A DNA stretch of 32,670 nt from Elusimicrobiota bacterium. Lineage in GTDB: Bacteria; Elusimicrobiota; Elusimicrobia; Elusimicrobiales; UBA9959. Made by a program: the position numbers and the translations under genes. This document shows positions 7,750-16,152 of the stretch, piece by piece (the first letter of the stretch is position 1; the number at the start of each line of letters is the position of its first letter). The notes beneath the pieces are model-generated. The model searched no databases. It worked only from the letters and a program-made list of their open reading frames with translations, and was not told the DNA's origin. The DNA is taken from positions 1 to 32,670 of the forward strand of contig JAKLEK010000003.1 of the NCBI GenBank assembly GCA_022703115.1, given 5' to 3'.

Positions 7750-9030
7750 TTATACCCTGAAGGCCTGGTCCTTGGCGTACTTGGCGTTCTTGCCCAGCTC
7801 TTCCTCTATCCTTATGAGCTGGTTGTATTTCGAGAGCCGCTCCGAGCGGCAGGGCGCTCCGGTCTTTATCGCGCCCGCGTTGGTGGCGACTGCCAGGTCC
7901 GCTATGAACGGATCTTCGGTCTCGCCGGAGCGATGAGAGATTATGGTCGCGAAACCGGCCTTGTGGGCCATCTCTATCACCCTGACCGTTTCGGTAAGGG
8001 AGCCTATCTGGTTGAGCTTTATCAGGATGGCGTTGCCGATGCCTTCCTCTATGCCGCGCTTCAGGCGGGTGGGATTGGTCACGAACAGGTCGTCGCCCAC
8101 GATCCGGGCCTTCTTGCCCAGATGCTTGGTCATGTGTTCCCAGCCGTCCCAGTCGTCCTCGGCGAGAGGGTCCTCGTAGGAGATGAGGGGGAAGTGCTTC
8201 TTCCATTCCGAGTATTTGGCGGTCAGTTCCTGGTAGGTGAGGTTCGAGCTTTCGAAGACGTAGCGGTCGTTCTGGTAGAACTCGCTGGCCGCCGAATCCA
8301 GGCCGATCTGCACCTCCTTGAAGGTGTAGCCGGCGTCCTTGATCGCCTTGCATATGGTCTCTATCACGGCTTCGTGCGTGAAGATCTTCGGGGCGAAACC
8401 GCCTTCGTCGCCGACGGATACCGTGTAGCCGCCCTTGGAGAGGATGGATTTCAGGGTGTGGTATATCTCCGCTCCCATGCGGATGGCCTCGGAGAACTTG
8501 GCGGCGCCGGTCGGGATTATCATGAATTCCTGGATGTTTATGCCGCTGTCGGCGTGCTTCCCGCCGTTGACGATGTTGAGCATGGGGGCGGGTATCAGGT
8601 AATTCTTGTGCTTGAGGCCGTACGCCTTGCGGATGTAGGAATAGAGGGGGAGGCCGGCGGAGTCCGCCGCCGCGCGGGCGAGGGCCATGGACACGGAGAG
8701 GATGGCGTTAGCGCCCAGTTTGGACTTGGTCTGGGTCCCGTCCAGGTCCAGCATGAGCTCGTCTATCTTCACGGGATCGGCCTTCAGGCCGGATATTTCC
8801 GGGGCTATGACTCCGGAGACGTTCTCCACGGCCTTGACCACACCCTTTCCCGCGTAGCGCTTCCCGCCGTCGCGCAGTTCGAGGGCTTCGTGGGCTCCGG
8901 TGGAGGCCCCGCTCGGCACCGCCGCGCGGCCGAAAGAGCCGTCGGTCAGGTGAACGTCCGTCTCCACCGTGGGGAAACCCCTGGAGTCGAGCACTTCCCT
9001 GGAAATGACTTTCTTTATTTTAGCGTCCAT
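7750..9030 (-). CDS. eno: Enolase
   Basis: The full-length 426-aa protein has VLDSRGFPTVE, SGASTGAHEALELRDG, IKLNQIGSLTE and SHRSGETED. AGGAGA lies upstream of the ATG. Confidence 0.97.
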   Translation of the reverse strand: MDAKIKKVISREVLDSRGFPTVETDVHLTDGSFGRAAVPSGASTGAHEALELRDGGKRYAGKGVVKAVENVSGVIAPEISGLKADPVKIDELMLDLDGTQTKSKLGANAILSVSMALARAAADSAGLPLYSYIRKAYGLKHKNYLIPAPMLNIVNGGKHADSGINIQEFMIIPTGAAKFSEAIRMGAEIYHTLKSILSKGGYTVSVGDEGGFAPKIFTHEAVIETICKAIKDAGYTFKEVQIGLDSAASEFYQNDRYVFESSNLTYQELTAKYSEWKKHFPLISYEDPLAEDDWDGWEHMTKHLGKKARIVGDDLFVTNPTRLKRGIEEGIGNAILIKLNQIGSLTETVRVIEMAHKAGFATIISHRSGETEDPFIADLAVATNAGAIKTGAPCRSERLSKYNQLIRIEEELGKNAKYAKDQAFRV

Positions 9031-9076
9031 GTTGGTGGTCTCCTGTTTATGCTCCGTTTTTTCCGCTTTCCCGCTT

Positions 9077-10573
9077 TCAAAATTTGCCGTTTATGATCTT
9101 GATCCCGGACTGGACCAGCGCGTCCATCCTGGCCTTTTCCGACGCTTCCGCGTAGATCTCGGCGGAATGTTCGGCCGCGAAAGGCCGCAGGCCCAGCCAG
9201 CTTCCGTCCTTCATTATGAACTTGAACCCGTCGGTGTGGTCTATTCGCCAGACCGAAGCTCCCGCGAGACTGAGCGGCGGGCGATGGGTCAGCCGCTCTA
9301 TGACGGCCGGCAGGTTGACCCCCTGGTCCACGCGTATGTCGGTCTTAGTGTTGACGAATGAACCGGTCTTTTTCCTGAGGGCGGCCAGGATCTGCCGGAG
9401 CGGCTTGCGCTCGCGGGCCGCCATGTCCGCCATCAGCAGGCAGGTCAGTATCCCGTCCGGAGCGGGAGTGTGTCCGGCGATCGAGAGCCCGCCGGATTCC
9501 TCCCCGCCTATCATGTACTGCCCGGTGCGGAGAAGGGCCCCTATGTGCCGGAAACCGACCGGGGTCTCACGCACGGTCAGCCCGTACTGCCGGGCCACCG
9601 CGTCCGCGAAATGCGACGTCATAAGGGACCTGGCTATCCGGCCCTTGAAGCCCCGGTTCCTGGCGAGATGCTCTATGGCCAGGCCCAGCACCAGATTTGG
9701 GGGGATCCAGGCGCCGTCGGAATCGATTATGCCGTACCGCGAGGCGTCCCCGTCGCAGGCCAGCCCGAGGTTCAGGCGGTTCTTAGTCACCGCGTCCCGG
9801 AGCGGTTTCAGGTTCGGTTCGCTTATTTCGGGAACGGAACCGCCGAACATCACGTCCCGGGCCTCCCGGAGAGGCGTCACCTTCACCCCCAGCCTTTCCA
9901 GCACCGGCCTCAGGTAGGCGGCGGCGGACCCGTGCATAGGGTCGGCGGCGACCTTGAGGCCGGCCTTCTTTATGGCCGGGGCGTCCACCAGGGAGATAAG
10001 CTGCTTGAAATAGTTCTCGCTGAGTTCGGAGATCTTGACGACCCCGGATGATACCGCCTGGTCGTAGGGTATTATCTTTTCCGATTCGGCTATGGTCAGA
10101 CCCTGGGCGCGAAGTTCCAGGTCCTGGGCGACCTCGGGCAGCGCGGGGCCGCCCCAGTAGGGTATCCAGAAGACCCCGCCGCAGTGCGCCGGGGCCGAGC
10201 CGGCCGTCAGCATGAAGCCGCCGGCGGCGAAGGTCTTCCTGACCGCGAAAGCCACGGCCGGGGTGGGGGCTTCCGCTCCGGAAAGCAGTACCGTGAACCC
10301 TTCGGCGGCGAAAGCCTCGGCCGCGTTCCTTGCGAATTCGGCGGCGAAATAACGGGTGTCGTGCCCGATCACCACGTGCGGGAGCTTGGGGGCGGGCTGG
10401 CCGCTGTTCCTGAGGTGAAGGAGATACTCCTCGCTCTTGCAGCCGTACTCCCGGTTCTCGCGCAGGTGCTCCGCGGCGGCGTGCGCCAGTCTGCGCAGGC
10501 TGGAAATGGTGAATTTGTCCGCGATCACGGCCCGGAAGCCGGCGGGGCCGAATTTGATATTGACGGCTGCCAT
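9077..10573 (-). CDS. Alpha-D-phosphohexomutase superfamily protein (PGM/PMM-like) with a non-canonical phosphoserine loop
   Basis: The metal loop (ACDGDASRYGIID) and sugar loop (GGEESGG) are present. The expected T-x-S-H-N-P loop reads TAGSAPAHCGG. The ATG at 10573 is preferred over the TTG at 10582. Confidence 0.7.
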   Translation of the reverse strand: MAAVNIKFGPAGFRAVIADKFTISSLRRLAHAAAEHLRENREYGCKSEEYLLHLRNSGQPAPKLPHVVIGHDTRYFAAEFARNAAEAFAAEGFTVLLSGAEAPTPAVAFAVRKTFAAGGFMLTAGSAPAHCGGVFWIPYWGGPALPEVAQDLELRAQGLTIAESEKIIPYDQAVSSGVVKISELSENYFKQLISLVDAPAIKKAGLKVAADPMHGSAAAYLRPVLERLGVKVTPLREARDVMFGGSVPEISEPNLKPLRDAVTKNRLNLGLACDGDASRYGIIDSDGAWIPPNLVLGLAIEHLARNRGFKGRIARSLMTSHFADAVARQYGLTVRETPVGFRHIGALLRTGQYMIGGEESGGLSIAGHTPAPDGILTCLLMADMAARERKPLRQILAALRKKTGSFVNTKTDIRVDQGVNLPAVIERLTHRPPLSLAGASVWRIDHTDGFKFIMKDGSWLGLRPFAAEHSAEIYAEASEKARMDALVQSGIKIINGKF

Positions 10574-10683
10574 GGCTAGCAATATAGCAAAATATTCCGA
10601 GTCAAAGCAAAAAGGGCGCTGAGAAGGGCGGGCGGTCCTGACGGGCCTTATTATTAGTAAAATATCTGGCTGGTGCGAACGTT

Positions 10684-11844
10684 ATGAAAAACAGACTGCA
10701 AGCGGCGGTGTTCGGGTCCCTTCTGCTGGCGGCCGCCTGTTCGGGGCCCGACCGGACCCCGCGTCCGGACCTGGTCAGGGAAGGCGCTCCGGCTCCCCGG
10801 CTGGAACTGCCGAAACTGCTCAACGCCCCGGCGGCCAGGCTGGCGGGGATAGAGTCGCTGGCCGGCAAGGTCGTAGTCCTGGAGTTCTGGGCCACATGGT
10901 GCGGGCCGTGCGTGGAGAACATCCCGCGGTTGAACGCCCTGGCCGAGAAGTTCAAGGACAGACCGGTGGTGTTCATCGCGGTGACGGACGAGTCCGCGGA
11001 GGACGTGCAAGCGTTCATGCGTACGACCTCCCTCAAGGTATGGGCGGCTCCAGGCACGGGCGCCGAAGTCTTCCGGGCCTACCGCGTCTTCGGCCGGCCG
11101 CATACCGTCATAATAGGCAGGGATTCGGTGGTCGCCGCCGTCACCGTTCCGTCCGAGGTCACGGAAGAGCGCTTGAACGTGCTTCTGGCCGGACAGACCC
11201 CGGCCTTTGAGGCCGCCGGAAATCGGAACGGCGCCTCGCCGGAGGCTGAATTCTATATAGGAGAGCCGGTCAGCGGGGAAAGGACGTCGGAGTACGGCCG
11301 GGGATATTATTACGCCCATAACGCCCCGCTCCTGAACGCCCTCGGATATTTCCATGCGGACGCGCTCAGAATAGACGCTTCGGGCGCGGTCATGACGGAG
11401 CTGGAACGGCCCCGCGAACTGCGCGTGCGCCTGCCGGAGGGCCGCGCCGGGGAGCTGGCGGCTTTTCTGGCGGACGGCTTGAGGTCCGCCCTGGGTCTCA
11501 GGTTCAGGACGGTGAAGAAGGATTCCTCGGTCTACCTGCTGAAGCCGGCCCATTCCGGTCCGAAGGGCCTCAGGCGTTCGAGTTCGATCAAAAGTTCGGT
11601 TTCCGGGGGGCTTTCCGGTTTCAAGGCCGAAAAAACCCCGGTCTCCGCGCTCTGCGGCCTTCTGAAGGACGCTCTGGACCCGCCTGTCCTGGACGAGACC
11701 GGGCTGAAAGGCGAATACGACTACTCCTTCTCTTCCGGCGCCAGGGACCTGGCGGGCCTGAACAGCGCGCTGATAGACCAGCTGGGCCTTCGCATCGCGC
11801 CGGGCACTCGCAGGATCGCCGTGCTAGAGGTCCGGCGGCAATGA
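10684..11844 (+). CDS. Fusion lipoprotein: TlpA-like thioredoxin domain plus a TIGR03435-like C-terminal domain
   Basis: The lipobox is LLLAAAC|S. The thioredoxin fold has the EFWATWCGPC motif. The C-terminus (PVLDETGLKGEYDYSF ... LIDQLGLRIAPGTRRIAVLEV) matches the signature pattern of the uncharacterised TIGR03435 family. Confidence 0.7.
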   Translation: MKNRLQAAVFGSLLLAAACSGPDRTPRPDLVREGAPAPRLELPKLLNAPAARLAGIESLAGKVVVLEFWATWCGPCVENIPRLNALAEKFKDRPVVFIAVTDESAEDVQAFMRTTSLKVWAAPGTGAEVFRAYRVFGRPHTVIIGRDSVVAAVTVPSEVTEERLNVLLAGQTPAFEAAGNRNGASPEAEFYIGEPVSGERTSEYGRGYYYAHNAPLLNALGYFHADALRIDASGAVMTELERPRELRVRLPEGRAGELAAFLADGLRSALGLRFRTVKKDSSVYLLKPAHSGPKGLRRSSSIKSSVSGGLSGFKAEKTPVSALCGLLKDALDPPVLDETGLKGEYDYSFSSGARDLAGLNSALIDQLGLRIAPGTRRIAVLEVRRQ

Positions 11845-12272
11845 CGAAGCGTCTCTCCACCAAGGCCACGGTCTACCTGATAGACGGTTCTAATTTCTCG
11901 CGCAGTTTCTGGGACCGGCGCTCCGGAGGGTCTCCGGACGCGCTCGAGTCGGAATTCCTGGACTGGCTGGACGCGGTCTCCAGGACGGAGGCCCTTAGCG
12001 CCTCCTGCTTCCGGGTGGTTTTTGACGGAGGCTTCCGGCCGACCCGGGGCCGGCCGAACCAGGCCATAACCGTCCACTTCAGCGAGGACGGACCGGCCGA
12101 CGACATCCTTCTGGAAAGGGCTTTTTTTCTGGCGAGCGGCGGGGTGCGCTGCGTGCTGGTCTCGAACGACAGGGAGATGCAGGCCAAGGCTTCCGCCGAG
12201 GGGGCTAGCGTGATGTCCTGCGGTTCTTTCTACCGGCTGGCCTCGTGCGGACTGGAGAAGGGCGGGCGGTGA
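11841..12272 (+). CDS. NYN/YacP-like PIN-fold predicted RNase
   Basis: The protein has VYLIDGSNF near the N-terminus and VLVSNDREMQ near the C-terminus, as in the YacP/Rae1-type NYN family. Its ATG overlaps the upstream stop (ATGA at 11841..11844). Confidence 0.6.
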   Translation: MTKRLSTKATVYLIDGSNFSRSFWDRRSGGSPDALESEFLDWLDAVSRTEALSASCFRVVFDGGFRPTRGRPNQAITVHFSEDGPADDILLERAFFLASGGVRCVLVSNDREMQAKASAEGASVMSCGSFYRLASCGLEKGGR

Positions 12273-12340
12273 ATTCTTCGGCGCTTTTCCGTGCGTTTGG
12301 TTCCCGAATTAAAACCATGTCCCGCTGAGGAATTCTAACA

Positions 12341-12501
12341 GTCTGCTGAAAAACCCCACTCAGATGTATTTTGAGCCGATTTTTCAGCCGAGCCGACGCG
12401 ACGCGAGACGAGCATTCTCGAAGAGAGACTGTAATTCGAGCGGCGCCAAGGCGAAGGCAAAAAGCGGCCAAAAGACGCTGGAAGGGGGTTTTTCAGCAGA
12501 C
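12341..12501. repeat. 161-bp element bounded by perfect 17-bp inverted repeats (gtctgctgaaaaacccc / ggggtttttcagcagac)
   Basis: The arms lie at 12341..12357 and 12485..12501 and are exact reverse complements, separated by 127 bp. A third partial copy (tttttcagc) lies at 12380..12388. Confidence 0.85.
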
Positions 12502-12503
12502 CG

Positions 12504-13016
12504 CTAACCTTTCAGGAGCTCCACCAGGGCGCGGGCGTATTTGCCGGCCGGAGCAGGGCCGTCGGCGGTCACGATGTTCCCGTCCGTAGACAGGTCCTGC
12601 GCGGTGTAAACGGCCCCGCCTTTTTCGAGCGCGGCGGCCCCGTCCGGAAAAACGGTGGCCTTCTTGCCCTTGAGCAGTCCGGCGTGCGCCAGTACCACCG
12701 GCGAGATGCAGATCGCGCCGAGCGTTTTGCCCAGCTCCGCCGCCTTCCTGAAAATTTCGTGTACTTTCGGTTTGTCGAGATGTTCCAGCGTCCCCGGTCC
12801 GCCCACTAGCATAAGGGCGTCGTAGTCCGCCGGGTCTATCTCGTCCGCGGTCAGGTCCACTTCCGCGGTCGCGCCGAGCTTGCCCCGGGCCAGGCCCCTG
12901 GAAGTGGAGACCGTAACCACTTTTATCCCGGCTTCTTCCAGTATCTTTTTAGGCTCAAGGTATTCCTCGTCCCGGAACCCCTGGAAGGCTATGAACATGG
13001 CGGCTTTCTTGGGCAT
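12504..13016 (-). CDS. DJ-1/PfpI family protein
   Basis: This 170-aa protein has a nucleophile-elbow-like AICISP motif and LVGGPG. It is co-oriented with the RND pump gene and lies 12 nt downstream of it. Confidence 0.8.
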   Translation of the reverse strand: MPKKAAMFIAFQGFRDEEYLEPKKILEEAGIKVVTVSTSRGLARGKLGATAEVDLTADEIDPADYDALMLVGGPGTLEHLDKPKVHEIFRKAAELGKTLGAICISPVVLAHAGLLKGKKATVFPDGAAALEKGGAVYTAQDLSTDGNIVTADGPAPAGKYARALVELLKG

Positions 13017-13028
13017 ATCGTCCCCCGC

Positions 13029-16000
13029 TCAGGCGTCGTTCGTCCGGTATTTCCTGCGGAACCACTCCTGCAGATCGTCGAACAGGGTGTAAGTTACGGG
13101 CGTCATGAGCAGCGTTATCAGCAGCGAGAGGCTCTGCCCGCCTATGATGACCCAGGCCATGGTGCGTCTGGAGCCGGACCCGGCGCCGGTGCCGAGAGCT
13201 GTCGGGATCATGCAGGCCACCAGGGTCAGGGTGGTCATCAGGATCGGGCGCAGCCGGGTCTTGTTCGCTTCTATGGACGCGGCGTGCCGGGACATGCCTT
13301 TGGCCCGCAGGGTATTGGTATAATCCACCTGCAGTATAGCGTTCTTCTTCACTATTCCGAACAGCATGAAGATGCCCATGATGCCGAACAGAGTGACGCT
13401 CTGTCCGGTCAGGAACAGCGAGATGACGGCGAAAGGCACGGTGAGCGGAAGCGCGATTATGATGGCTATCGGGTAGACGAAGCTTTCGAACTGGCTGGCA
13501 AGCACTATGTAGATGAAGATGAACGCCATCAGAAAGGCGGTCAGGAAGCCCATGAGCATGTTGCCGAGCTCCTTGGACCTGCCGATGGCCCCGCCCTTAT
13601 ACTCGGGAGGCGCTTTAAGTTCCTTGAAAGCCTTCTCGGCCTCTTTCAGCATGTTCCCGAGCGGCATGCCGGTCGAGTTGGCCTCTATGGTCACCTTGCG
13701 CTGGCGGTTGTATCGCTCTATCTGGGTGGGTCCGAGCCCTTCGACCACGGTGGCGACGCTGTCGAGACGCACCAGGCGGCCTCCGGCGGCGGGAACTACC
13801 AGGGCCTCGATCATATCCTTCCTGTTCCGGTAGACGCTGTCGGCCCGCACGCGCACCTGGTACAGCTCGTCGCCTTCCTTGTACTTGGTGATATCCTCCT
13901 CTCCTCCGACCAGGGTCCTGAGAGAGGTGGCTATGTCCTCGATCTTCACTCCGAGATCGTGGGCGCGGTCGCGGTCTATCTCTACCCGGTACTCCGGCTT
14001 CGCGTAGGAGAAACTGAGGTCCACGTCCGCCACGCCCTCGAGGCCCTTCAGGCGCTCCTCTACCTTTTTGGCGTAGGACGCGAGCCTGTCCAGGTCCGGT
14101 CCCGAGAGCACGTACTGCAATTCCTTCTCGCCGCCGCCGAAGCCGCCCGCCGGGGTTACCGAAGTGCGCAGTCCCGTGTATTTAGAGAGCATCTCGCGCG
14201 CGGCGGCCATGATCTTCTTCAGCGGGGGGCGCTTTGACAGGTCGGTTAGCTCCACCGTTATGTAGCCTTCGTTGGCGGCGGCGCCGCCGAAGTGCGCTCC
14301 GTTGCCGGTGCCGATGGCCGACAGGGTCGTGACCACGTAGGGGATGGTCTTCGTTTCGGCCTCGATCTGGGCGAACAGGCGTTTCATTACCTCGAGGCTG
14401 GTCCCTTCCGGCGCTTTAATGGTTATCTGGTATTTGCCCGTGTCGTCCGTAGGCAGGAAGTCCTTGCCTATGAACATGAATAGCGGGATCATCGACAGTA
14501 TTATGCCGATGGACGCGGCGACCATGGTCCTGCGCCGGGCCAGGGCCCATTCCAGCAGCACTATGTATCTGGAGGCCAGATATTCGTTCAGGCGGTCGGT
14601 GAACCTCTGCAGGCGGGTCTTTTCGCTGGTCTTCACCTTGAGGAACAGGGAACAGAGCATCGGGGTCAGGGTCAGAGCGACGAAGGTACTGACCGCTATG
14701 GCGAAGGCGATAGTGAGGCCGTAGCTCTTCACGAAACGGCCTATTATGCCGCCCATGTAGGCCAGCGGCACGAAGATGACCATCAGGGAAAGGGACATGG
14801 CGATGATGGCGAAACCTATCTCGGAGGCGCCGCTCATGGCCGCCTTGAAAGGGGAGATCCTGTGCTCCTCCATATGGCGGTAGATGTTCTCCAGCATGAC
14901 TATCGCGTCGTCTATGACAAGTCCCACGGCTATGGTCAGCCCCAGCAGGGTCATCGTGTTCAGGGTGAAGCCCATGTAATCGAGGAAGATGAAAGTGGCG
15001 ATCAGGGACGCCGGTATGGCCATCGCGGAGATCAGAGTGGACCTGAGATCGCCCAGGAAGAGCAGCACCATGACGCCGGCCAGGATGGCGCCGAGGATCA
15101 GATGTTCCTCCACGGTCCTGACGGAATCCTTGATGAACTCGGACTGGTCGCCCACTATCCTGGTCTCTATGCCGGGGGGGATGAGCGGCTGGATCTCTTC
15201 CACTCTCTTGCGGATGTCCCTGACCACCTCCACGGTGTTGCTGCCGGACTGTTTCTTGACCACCAGGGTCACCGCCGGCTTCCCGTTCAGGTAGGAGGCG
15301 GAGGTCATGCGCTTCCCGGTGTCCTCCACGCGGGCGATGTCGGAAATGCGGATCGGAGTGCCTCCGACGCTGGCCACCACTATGGAATTGAAATCCTTTA
15401 CGCCGGGTATGCGGCCCAGCGTCCTCAGCACGAATTCCTTGTCGGGCTGCTCCACTTTTCCGCCGGGGATCTCTATGTTCTGCTGGATGATGGCGTCCTT
15501 CAGCTGCTTGGCGGACAGGTTCAGGGAGGCCATCTTCATGGGATTGGCGACTATATGTATCTCGCGCTCGCGTCCGCCGATGATGTCCACCGAGCCGACC
15601 CCGCCGACCGTCTCAATGTTCTCTTTTATCTTCTTCTTCGCGAACTGGGTGAGCTCTATCAGGTCCCTGTTGCCGGAGACGACTATGTTCACCACCGGCA
15701 TGGCTCCGATATCGAATTTGGATACGACCGGCTGGTCGGTGCCCTGCGGCAGCTGCGCGAGCACGGCGTTTATCTTGTCCCTCACTTCCTGGGCGGCCAC
15801 GTCACCGTTCTTCTCCAGTTTGAACTTTATGAGCACCATGGAGAGGCCTTCGAAGCTGGTGGAGTTGAGTTCCTCGATCCCGGAGATGGTGTTCACCGAT
15901 TCCTCGATGGGTTTGGTGACGGAGGACTCTATCTCCTCGGGCCCGGCGCCCCTGAGGGTCGTCTGTATCACCACGAACGGGAATTCCACGTTCGGCATCT

Positions 16001-16106
16001 GGTCGACGCCGAGCCGGAAGTAGGAGAATGTTCCCAGCACCACGAGGGCTGAGACCATCATCGTGGTCAGGACCGGGCGTTTGATGGATATCTCGGTTAT
16101 CTTCAT
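13029..16106 (-). CDS. RND efflux transporter permease (AcrB/HAE1-like)
   Basis: This 1025-aa protein has the 12-TM RND architecture. The N-terminus reads ISIKRPVLTTMMVSALVVLG, and VIDDAIVMLENI and other AcrB-family motifs are present. Confidence 0.93.
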   Translation of the reverse strand: MKITEISIKRPVLTTMMVSALVVLGTFSYFRLGVDQMPNVEFPFVVIQTTLRGAGPEEIESSVTKPIEESVNTISGIEELNSTSFEGLSMVLIKFKLEKNGDVAAQEVRDKINAVLAQLPQGTDQPVVSKFDIGAMPVVNIVVSGNRDLIELTQFAKKKIKENIETVGGVGSVDIIGGREREIHIVANPMKMASLNLSAKQLKDAIIQQNIEIPGGKVEQPDKEFVLRTLGRIPGVKDFNSIVVASVGGTPIRISDIARVEDTGKRMTSASYLNGKPAVTLVVKKQSGSNTVEVVRDIRKRVEEIQPLIPPGIETRIVGDQSEFIKDSVRTVEEHLILGAILAGVMVLLFLGDLRSTLISAMAIPASLIATFIFLDYMGFTLNTMTLLGLTIAVGLVIDDAIVMLENIYRHMEEHRISPFKAAMSGASEIGFAIIAMSLSLMVIFVPLAYMGGIIGRFVKSYGLTIAFAIAVSTFVALTLTPMLCSLFLKVKTSEKTRLQRFTDRLNEYLASRYIVLLEWALARRRTMVAASIGIILSMIPLFMFIGKDFLPTDDTGKYQITIKAPEGTSLEVMKRLFAQIEAETKTIPYVVTTLSAIGTGNGAHFGGAAANEGYITVELTDLSKRPPLKKIMAAAREMLSKYTGLRTSVTPAGGFGGGEKELQYVLSGPDLDRLASYAKKVEERLKGLEGVADVDLSFSYAKPEYRVEIDRDRAHDLGVKIEDIATSLRTLVGGEEDITKYKEGDELYQVRVRADSVYRNRKDMIEALVVPAAGGRLVRLDSVATVVEGLGPTQIERYNRQRKVTIEANSTGMPLGNMLKEAEKAFKELKAPPEYKGGAIGRSKELGNMLMGFLTAFLMAFIFIYIVLASQFESFVYPIAIIIALPLTVPFAVISLFLTGQSVTLFGIMGIFMLFGIVKKNAILQVDYTNTLRAKGMSRHAASIEANKTRLRPILMTTLTLVACMIPTALGTGAGSGSRRTMAWVIIGGQSLSLLITLLMTPVTYTLFDDLQEWFRRKYRTNDA

Positions 16107-16152
16107 AGGGTGCGTGCGCCGCGCGTGGGCCGCCGGCCGGATGCCGCGCGGC

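Noticed and set aside
12358-12484. Possible homology between the 127-bp interior of the inverted-repeat element and the 123-bp spacer after tRNA-Leu (20777..20899), with shared agccgac, gaagag and gcgaag.. strings.
   Set aside because: Only short words match, within purine- and GC-rich sequence, and by-eye identity is roughly half. This is not distinguishable from chance without a proper alignment and statistics.
12331-12510. An integron attC site or gene cassette boundary for the inverted-repeat element.
   Set aside because: The flanking CTAAC motifs are in the same orientation rather than forming an R''/R' (RYYYAAC / GTTRRRY) inverted pair. No integrase or cassette array is present.
12205-12589. 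Two overlapping small ORFs (88 aa on the minus strand, 72 aa on the plus strand), both containing GVFQQT.
   Set aside because: The shared peptide is simply the translation of the two arms of the 17-bp inverted repeat. Both ORFs are basic and low-complexity, lack an RBS, and overlap the DJ-1 gene end.
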